Below, piece by piece: positions 36,553-43,348 of a stretch of 43,348 nt of DNA. The DNA lies in NCBI GenBank assembly GCA_031255595.1, contig JAIRSF010000245.1, positions 1 through 43,348 on the forward strand. Reading direction: 5' to 3'. The DNA comes from Tannerella sp. (GTDB lineage Bacteria > Bacteroidota > Bacteroidia > Bacteroidales > Tannerellaceae). Every line of letters begins with the position of its first letter. The stretch's first letter is position 1. The notes under the pieces were generated by a model, which was not told where the DNA came from, ran no database searches, and saw only the letters and a list, made by a program, of their open reading frames with translations. A program made the translations under genes and the position numbers.

Positions 36553-37599
36553 ATGAAAAGAAATGAAAACCTGAGTCGGCCGGATAAGGAACGCTTATCG
36601 GGAATGACGCTCGAAGAACTGAAGGCCGTCGCCTCCCGCGTGTCGTTACCGGGCTATGCCGCCAAACAACTCACGGACTGGCTTTATAAAAAGAAAGTCA
36701 CATCCTTCGACGAAATGACGAACATTGCGGCAAATAAACGCGAATTATTGGTCGAACACTACGAGATCGGCGCCGTGGCGCCGTCCGAAGTCGTCCGTTC
36801 GTCCGACGGAACGGTGAAATATCTGTTTGCCGCCGGAGACGGGAGCCGCTTCGTCGAATCCGTCTACATCCCGTCGAAAGACCGCTCGACCTTGTGTGTC
36901 TCGTCGCAGGCGGGTTGTAAGATGAACTGCCTGTTTTGTATGACGGGAAAACAGGGCTTCTCCGCACAACTTACGGCGAACGAAATGCTCAACCAGATAC
37001 AATCCGTACCGGAAAGCGAAACATTGACGAACATTGTCTTCATGGGTATGGGAGAACCGCTTGATAATACGGACGAATTATTCAAAACGCTTGAAATATT
37101 GACCGCCCCTTACGGATACGCTTGGAGTCCCAAACGGATTACCGTGTCGACCGTCGGAATCATACCCGGCTTAAAACGGTTTCTGAATGAAAGCAACTGT
37201 CATTTAGCCGTCAGTCTCCATTCGCCGTATCATGAGGAGAGGTTGTCGCTGATGCCGGTCGAAAAAACGTATCCCGCAGACGCGATCATTGATTTGTTGC
37301 ACGTTTATGACTTCTCACACCAGCGAAGGGTTTCTTTCGAATACATCCTCTTCGAGGGACTTAACGATTCCGAACGACATGCAAAAGACTTGGCGCGTTT
37401 ACTGAAGGGCATCTCCTGCCGGGTAAACCTGATACGCTTTCATGCTATCCCCGGTGTGAAGCTGCGAAGCAGCAGTGAAAAAAAAATGGAATGGTTCCGG
37501 GATTTATTGAACAGGAACGGCATTATATGTACCGTACGCGCTTCCAGGGGAGAGGATATTTTCGCCGCGTGCGGCATGTTGTCTACCGCAAAAAAATAA
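36553..37599 (+). CDS. rlmN: 23S rRNA (adenine2503-C2)-methyltransferase
   Basis: CVSSQAGCKMNCLFC, MGMGEP, AVSLH, SRGEDI.AACG. Confidence 0.96.
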   Translation: MKRNENLSRPDKERLSGMTLEELKAVASRVSLPGYAAKQLTDWLYKKKVTSFDEMTNIAANKRELLVEHYEIGAVAPSEVVRSSDGTVKYLFAAGDGSRFVESVYIPSKDRSTLCVSSQAGCKMNCLFCMTGKQGFSAQLTANEMLNQIQSVPESETLTNIVFMGMGEPLDNTDELFKTLEILTAPYGYAWSPKRITVSTVGIIPGLKRFLNESNCHLAVSLHSPYHEERLSLMPVEKTYPADAIIDLLHVYDFSHQRRVSFEYILFEGLNDSERHAKDLARLLKGISCRVNLIRFHAIPGVKLRSSSEKKMEWFRDLLNRNGIICTVRASRGEDIFAACGMLSTAKK

Positions 37600-37735
37600 C
37601 AGATGATGATTCTCTTTTTCTATTTACACCGTTTCAACAAGCAAAAATTCGATTTTGCTCAACAAAGATTGGGTAATGTTATTCGGTTTTGGTTATATTT
37701 GTGCAAAAATTACACTTAACTAAAAAATAAACGAT

Positions 37736-38776
37736 ATGAAACCTATTATTTTCATTACGCTGCTAACCCTGATTGCAGGAATAACCGGATGCAATTCGGG
37801 TTCGTCCATTACACGTGCGACGGGTATTGCTTATGAAATCATTGTTGTGGCGGATAACGCGATATGGGACGGCGCCGCAGGTTTTGCCGTTAAAGAAGAT
37901 TTGACCTCGCCGGTGCCTTATCTGCCGCAGGCGGAATCGTCTATGAAAATCACGTATGTAAGGCCGGACCTGTTCGACGGCATTTTTAAATACGTGCGAA
38001 ATATCCTGATTGTGCACGTCGACAGGAATATGTATACGAAAGTTTCGATGCCGAAGGAATCCGATAAATGGGCCAGAGGGCAGTCCGTGGTATACCTCAA
38101 CGCACCGGATGAAGATGCGATCAATGCGTTTCTGGCGGAAAATCCGCGCATTCTTGTAAACCATTATACGAAAGAAGAGATGAAGCGCACGAGAGATTTT
38201 CTTTATAAAACATACAGCCCCGTTGTCATGGAAAAAGTGAAGAATCGATTCGGCATCACATTAAATGCTCCGTCGGATATAACCTCTTTCAAGGATTCAA
38301 CCGATTGCCTTTGGTTCTCAAACAACGCCGTTACCGGACGTATGGACCTGCTTATTTACAGTTTTCCGTTCGTGGACAAGAATACGTTTACGCTCGATTA
38401 TCTGGTGGCCAAACGCGATTCCTTTACCAAAAAGATGCTCCCCGGCGCATTTCCCGGCTCTTATATGTCGACGGAAAAACGTGTTGTGGATTATTCCGCG
38501 ATTACGCTGCGCGGGAAATATTGCGGCGTATTACGCGGGTTGTGGCGTATGGAAGGCGGCGATATGATGGGCGGCCCGTTTGTGAGCTATGCCCGGGTAG
38601 ATGAAAAAAATCAGCGCGTGATTGTCACGGAAGGTTTTGTTTACGAACCGCAAAAAGAGAAAAAAAACTATATCCGCCGCCTGGAGGCTGCATTGCTTAC
38701 CACGCGGTTTGCTGACGAGCAGGCCTCCGAACAGGCGGAAAACACAGAAGAAGTAGTAGTAGTAAAGAATGAATAA
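37736..38776 (+). CDS. DUF4837 family lipoprotein
   Basis: Lipobox ITGC; LPQAE, WARGQ, RGLW...MGGPF; TATATTTG motif at 37694-37701. Confidence 0.8.
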   Translation: MKPIIFITLLTLIAGITGCNSGSSITRATGIAYEIIVVADNAIWDGAAGFAVKEDLTSPVPYLPQAESSMKITYVRPDLFDGIFKYVRNILIVHVDRNMYTKVSMPKESDKWARGQSVVYLNAPDEDAINAFLAENPRILVNHYTKEEMKRTRDFLYKTYSPVVMEKVKNRFGITLNAPSDITSFKDSTDCLWFSNNAVTGRMDLLIYSFPFVDKNTFTLDYLVAKRDSFTKKMLPGAFPGSYMSTEKRVVDYSAITLRGKYCGVLRGLWRMEGGDMMGGPFVSYARVDEKNQRVIVTEGFVYEPQKEKKNYIRRLEAALLTTRFADEQASEQAENTEEVVVVKNE

Positions 38777-39884
38777 ATACATGGAAGAAAAACCGATTAA
38801 AATTGGAATTTCGCAAGGAGATACAAATGGTATCGGGTATGAAGTTATTTTGAAGTCATTCGCCGATTCCCGGATGTTTGAATTTTGTATTCCGATCTTG
38901 TACGGTTCCTCCAAAACAGCCTCATTTTACGGCAAATTACTGGAAGAGGCGGAAGTTACGCCGCCGGAAATTCATATTATACAGGATGCAAACAAAGCTG
39001 TTCAGGGAAAACTGAACCTGATACGCTGTGTGGACGAGAATGTGCCACCGGAGCCGGGACATGAGACTGAGGCCGGAGGAAAAGCCGCACGGCAGTCTCT
39101 GAAAGCTGTTGTGGCGGACCTGAAGAGAGGCGCCGTCGATGCACTGCTGACGGCTCCCATCAACAAGCATAATATACAAAACGATAAGTTTCGTTTTCCC
39201 GGACATACCGAATATCTGGAGGAGCATTTCGGCGATCGTAACCGTCAGCCGTCTCTGATGATCTTACTGAACGAAAATATACGGGTAGCATTGGTTACGG
39301 GGCATATTCCCCTGTCCGATGTGAAGCAGAAGCTGACCACCGCCAGTATTGCGGAAAAGTTGCATGTCTTTAATCGGTCGCTTCGCGAAGACTTCGGTAT
39401 CGCAAGGCCACGCATAGCCGTATTAGCGCTTAACCCTCATGCCGGCGATAACGGATTCCTCGGAGACGAGGAAGCGGTCGTCATCAAACCGGCTATAGAG
39501 AAGGCGGATAAGGCCGGCATTTCCGTGTTCGGCCCTTATGCGGCAGACGGCTTTTTCGGCGCACAGTCGTATCTGCTTTTCGACGGGATTCTGGCCATGT
39601 ATCATGATCAGGGACTGGCGCCGTTCAAGGCGCTGGCGGTGGAGGATGGGGTGAATTTCACGGCAGGGCTTTCCATTATACGAACTTCTCCCGCACATGG
39701 TACGGCTTACGATATCGCCGGGAAAAACGAAGCTTCCGCGAACTCTTTCCGGCACGCGGTCTACACGCTGATCGACGCATACAGGTGCAGGATAAATTTC
39801 CGGACTGCAACCGCCAATCCTTTGCGCAAGCAATACATAAATAAGAGCGATGATAAGGAAAAGCTGGATCTGACGGGAGAATAA
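38769..39884 (+). CDS. pdxA: 4-hydroxythreonine-4-phosphate dehydrogenase
   Basis: GDTNGIG.E, TAPINK, GHTEYL, LNPHAG, MYHDQGL, RTSPAHGTAYDIAG. Confidence 0.96.
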   Translation: MNKYMEEKPIKIGISQGDTNGIGYEVILKSFADSRMFEFCIPILYGSSKTASFYGKLLEEAEVTPPEIHIIQDANKAVQGKLNLIRCVDENVPPEPGHETEAGGKAARQSLKAVVADLKRGAVDALLTAPINKHNIQNDKFRFPGHTEYLEEHFGDRNRQPSLMILLNENIRVALVTGHIPLSDVKQKLTTASIAEKLHVFNRSLREDFGIARPRIAVLALNPHAGDNGFLGDEEAVVIKPAIEKADKAGISVFGPYAADGFFGAQSYLLFDGILAMYHDQGLAPFKALAVEDGVNFTAGLSIIRTSPAHGTAYDIAGKNEASANSFRHAVYTLIDAYRCRINFRTATANPLRKQYINKSDDKEKLDLTGE

Positions 39885-39986
39885 ATATAAGAGATGCTAT
39901 CGCGCGGTCTATCGCCGGCAGTCTTTTTAATGCACAGTGATTGCACCATGTAACGAAGCATTGATCATTTAATTATTCATATCACC

Positions 39987-40472
39987 ATGCTAAAGGATAA
40001 AATAATCGTATACACATCGGGAACATTTGATATGTTTCATTTCAACCATTTACGCATGATTAATTATGCACGGAGTTTAGGCGACATTCTTATTGTCGGC
40101 GTCAGTACGGACGAATTGGTTGCATCTTATAAGGAGGCGCCGATTATTCCGTTCGAGGAAAGGCTCCACATCATAGAGGCTTTGAAAACTCCGGATATCG
40201 TGATCCCCCAACGCACGCTTGACCATACCGAGATTGTGAAGAAACTGAATATCGACGCATTTGTCGTAGGAGATGACTGGTTTGGGAAGTATGATTATCT
40301 GAAAGAACTGGAAGTGGAGGTTTTTTATTTCCCGTACGGCTCCGGTGTATCGTCTTCCTCTATTAAAAAGACGATTCATGATTCGTATGAAAATTCCCTG
40401 CAAAAGGAACGGAAAGCCAAACCGGCTTCCGTGAAAGGATTTAAAACCAAAGAAACGAATACGGAAAATTGA
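39987..40472 (+). CDS. TagD-like (glycerol-3-phosphate-type) cytidylyltransferase
   Basis: YTSGTFDMFHFNHL, VGVSTDE, PFEER, VGDDW.GKYDYL, GVSSSSIK. Confidence 0.85.
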   Translation: MLKDKIIVYTSGTFDMFHFNHLRMINYARSLGDILIVGVSTDELVASYKEAPIIPFEERLHIIEALKTPDIVIPQRTLDHTEIVKKLNIDAFVVGDDWFGKYDYLKELEVEVFYFPYGSGVSSSSIKKTIHDSYENSLQKERKAKPASVKGFKTKETNTEN

Positions 40473-40480
40473 AGCATCAC

Positions 40481-41209
40481 ATGTCAAAATATGCATTAAT
40501 CACAGGTGGCACCAAAGGGATCGGCCTGTCGGTGGCCCAATGCCTCGGAAGGATGGGTTATAACCTGATACTGACCTATGCCGCGGATACGGCCGTTGCG
40601 GAGAAGGTTTGTGCGGAACTGCGCCGTGAAGGGAACAGAGAGGTGATTGCTTTGCAGGCGGACAGTTCCGGACGGGAGGCGATCGATCTGGTTGCGCATT
40701 GCATCCAAAGCAGGGCGATAAAGCCGGACGTGCTGGTTTTTAACGCCGGACTTACTTGCCGCGACGGTTTTGAGGAAATGAAATATGAGGACTGGGAACG
40801 TGTGTTTTTTGCAAATGTGCATTTCCCGGTATTTTTACTTCAACGCCTTCTGGGCGATATAAACCGGGGCGGATGCGTGCTGTTTACCGGCTCCCTGATG
40901 GGCGTCCTGCCTCACGCCATGTCGCTGTCGTACGGAGTGACAAAGGCGTCGGTGCACGCACTGGTGAAGAATCTCGTGAAGTTTCTGGCGCCTTACGGGA
41001 TACGGGTGAATGCCGTTGCGCCCGGATTTGTGGATACCGAATGGCAGAAAAACAAACCGGCCGACATCCGCCGCTGTATAGAAAACAAGATCGCTCTGGG
41101 ACGCTTTTGCCGGCCGGACGAACTGGCAGGTGTGTATAAGTTATTAATCGAAAATTCATATATTAACGGAGAGATTATTTTCGCCGACGGCGGATATTCC
41201 TATAAATAA
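40481..41209 (+). CDS. SDR family NAD(P)-dependent oxidoreductase
   Basis: TGGTKGIG, FNAG, TGS, YGVTK (YxxxK), NAVAPGFVDT. Confidence 0.9.
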   Translation: MSKYALITGGTKGIGLSVAQCLGRMGYNLILTYAADTAVAEKVCAELRREGNREVIALQADSSGREAIDLVAHCIQSRAIKPDVLVFNAGLTCRDGFEEMKYEDWERVFFANVHFPVFLLQRLLGDINRGGCVLFTGSLMGVLPHAMSLSYGVTKASVHALVKNLVKFLAPYGIRVNAVAPGFVDTEWQKNKPADIRRCIENKIALGRFCRPDELAGVYKLLIENSYINGEIIFADGGYSYK

Positions 41210-41213
41210 ACCT

Positions 41214-42113
41214 ATGAGCAGAACATTAGACAGAGAATATGAGGCATCGCTTAAATCCATCGAAACGGAAAATTATCCGGATCAATGGTTTTACCGCCCG
41301 ATCGGTTTCCGTATCGCAAAACTATTGTGCCATACGGGTATCACCCCCAACATGATAACCATCCTGTCCGTCTTTGTCGGCGCCGCCGCAGGCCCTCTAT
41401 TTTATCAGCATGACCGTTTACTCATCCTGTCGGGCATCGTCTGTCTGATTATCGCTAACATATTGGATTGCGTAGACGGTCAACTGGCACGCCTCACCGG
41501 TATTAAGTCCGAAACGGGACGTATATTGGATGGTATTGCCGGCGATATCTGGTTCATTCTCATCTACGTCTTCCTGGCGCTGAAACTGGAAAACGAATAC
41601 GGAGGAAACGGGCTGTTCTTCATTCCCGCCGTCCTGTCCGGGCTGTCGCATCTGGTACAGGCCAATGTGACGGATTATTACAAAACGCTTCATCTTTATT
41701 TTATCAGTAAGGAAAAGGGGCGGGAGTTTCAAAGCTTGGACACAATCCGGAGCCGCTACGGAGAGATGAAAAACGGACCGGGGAAAATCCTGTTCCTTTT
41801 ATACCTGGGTTATACCTCCTTTCAGGAGGCCGTCACGCCCAAGCTCCAGCAACTGCTCAACGGCCTGCGTTCAAAATACGGCGACGATATTCCGGAGGAT
41901 ATCCGTGTGACATTCCGGCAAAAAAGCAAACACCTGATGAAAAGATGGATCGATCCGATGACGTTTAACGGACGCACCATCGTGCTGTTCATCGTTGTAC
42001 CGGCAGGAGCCGCGTGGCTCTATTTCCTGTACGAAATACTCGTATTAAACATCGTCCTGGCAATATCCGTTCATAAGCACGAAAAGATATGCGCATCGCT
42101 GGCAGACAAGTAA
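41214..42113 (+). CDS. CDP-alcohol phosphatidyltransferase family protein
   Basis: TPNMIT; signature DCVDGQLARLTG...GRILDGIAGD. Confidence 0.9.
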   Translation: MSRTLDREYEASLKSIETENYPDQWFYRPIGFRIAKLLCHTGITPNMITILSVFVGAAAGPLFYQHDRLLILSGIVCLIIANILDCVDGQLARLTGIKSETGRILDGIAGDIWFILIYVFLALKLENEYGGNGLFFIPAVLSGLSHLVQANVTDYYKTLHLYFISKEKGREFQSLDTIRSRYGEMKNGPGKILFLLYLGYTSFQEAVTPKLQQLLNGLRSKYGDDIPEDIRVTFRQKSKHLMKRWIDPMTFNGRTIVLFIVVPAGAAWLYFLYEILVLNIVLAISVHKHEKICASLADK

Positions 42114-42117
42114 AACA

Positions 42118-42957
42118 ATGAAAAAAACAGTATTAGACCCGGAAGAAATCCGCCGGAAAGCCCCCTTCTTTAAGACACGCCCGGGCGCCTGGCTATTGGA
42201 AAGAATATTCCGGTGGATGGAGATGGACAAAGTGAATCAAATACACGCCAACCATTATCAACTCAGAGGCTCCGCCTTCACATCCGCCATGCTGAACGAT
42301 CCGCTGATGGACGTCCGTTACGAAGTTCATAACCGCGAAATACTGCAACAACTGCCCGAAGGAGCCTTCATAACGGTATCCAATCATCCGGTCGGCTCGC
42401 TCGACGGCATCATCCTGATCGACATATTCGCCACCCTGCGGCCCGATTTCCGCGTGATGGTCAACGAAATTCTGGCACACATCTCGGCGATGGAAGACAA
42501 TTTCATCTCCGTTATCCCCAATACGGACGACGTCCGGAAAAGCGCTCATCAAAGCATAAACGGTATACGCCGGTCGCTATCTCAGTTAAGAAACGGACAT
42601 CCCGTGGGCTTCTTCCCGGCCGGCGCCATGTCGTTCTACGACGGAAAACAAAAGCAAGTCCGCGACCTGCCCTGGACTCACAGCGTCGTACGCCTGATAC
42701 GCAAAGCCCTCGTACCGGTATACCCGGTCTACTTCGACTGCCTCAACTCCAAATGCTTCTACCGGCTGGGACGCATCAGCTGGAAGCTCCGCACACTCCG
42801 TGTCGCCAAAGAAGCCTTCAATAAAAAAGGCCGGACTATTCACGTGTATATCGGCTCGCCCATCCCTCCCGAAAAGATCAATACTTTCACCGACGACGTC
42901 CGATTCGCCGATTTCTTGTATAACTCCACTTACCGGGCCAAAGAAAAAGCGCCGTAA
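42118..42957 (+). CDS. Lysophospholipid acyltransferase (PlsC/LPLAT superfamily)
   Basis: SNHPVGSLDG (Hx5D), FFPAG, PVYPVYF. Confidence 0.88.
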   Translation: MKKTVLDPEEIRRKAPFFKTRPGAWLLERIFRWMEMDKVNQIHANHYQLRGSAFTSAMLNDPLMDVRYEVHNREILQQLPEGAFITVSNHPVGSLDGIILIDIFATLRPDFRVMVNEILAHISAMEDNFISVIPNTDDVRKSAHQSINGIRRSLSQLRNGHPVGFFPAGAMSFYDGKQKQVRDLPWTHSVVRLIRKALVPVYPVYFDCLNSKCFYRLGRISWKLRTLRVAKEAFNKKGRTIHVYIGSPIPPEKINTFTDDVRFADFLYNSTYRAKEKAP

Positions 42958-43280
42958 TAAACACAGGACGTCTCTTCTATGCAATCGGCGGTCAACGGAA
43001 CAATCCTCCGCGCGATATGCCGTTGTACACTGCCCGTCACAATCGCCCCCTCATCCTTCCCCGTTATCGTTTTGCACCTCCCCCCCCCTTGCCGAAGATC
43101 CCTGTCAACAGAAACCCCGCGTCACCTTTTTCCATACTCCCCCGCAGGGAGACCGGCACGGCTGCGGGTGATGTGTAGGATCATCTGCAAATCACTCGCT
43201 CGAGTGACGCGGTCTTACATGCCCGTGCGAGGTCGTCTTGGATCACCTGCAAAATCGTGTGTGTGCCATGCATTTATTTG

Positions 43281-43348
43281 CATCGTCGTTAGATGAAGCG
43301 CTTCATCGTCGATAGATGAAGCGCTTCATCGTCGTTAGATGTAACGCT
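43281..43348. repeat. 23-bp tandem repeat (at least 3 units, cut by the window end) containing the 16-bp palindrome GATGAAGCGCTTCATC
   Basis: CATCGTCGTTAGATGAAGCGCTT / CATCGTCGATAGATGAAGCGCTT / CATCGTCGTTAGATGTAACGCT. Confidence 0.85.

Noticed and set aside
42800-43296. ORFs of 105-123 aa after the acyltransferase
   Set aside because: Pro/Ser/Cys-rich low-complexity translations of a structured non-coding region
43281-43348. CRISPR array
   Set aside because: Linkers are only 7 nt and nearly identical, and there are no cas genes; it is a tandem repeat

Overview
A mostly core-genome Bacteroidales segment (gene content and proteins look Tannerella/Parabacteroides-like; inferred) with about 42 protein genes. 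No rRNA, tRNA, CRISPR array, integrase or transposase was found. Gene blocks in order: thrS-infC-rpmI-rplT; an AlbA_2/Schlafen-HATPase-HTH gene; HAD-thioesterase fusion and a hypothetical; OmpA; rfbA with a cytidylyltransferase-like/GHMP-kinase fusion; kduI-DUF4861-kduD; Zn-ribbon and SPFH pair; pheT-yebC; sigma54 activator-lptE-TPR-secG; HU; two rhomboids and an EEP; DUF5020 with an NCS2 permease; coaX-OMP-TPR-lptC-ppiD-rlmN-DUF4837-pdxA; and a four-gene operon of TagD-like cytidylyltransferase, SDR, CDP-alcohol phosphotransferase and acyltransferase. That last operon is the best candidate for an undescribed system, a CDP-polyol-headgroup membrane lipid pathway. Other leads are the kinase-nucleotidyltransferase fusion, an unannotated ~100-nt sRNA candidate complementary to ATG-AAG-AAG start regions, an SD plus non-AUG start for infC, a structured rplT leader, and a 23-bp palindromic minisatellite at the window end. 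All calls come from motif recognition by eye; no searches were run.
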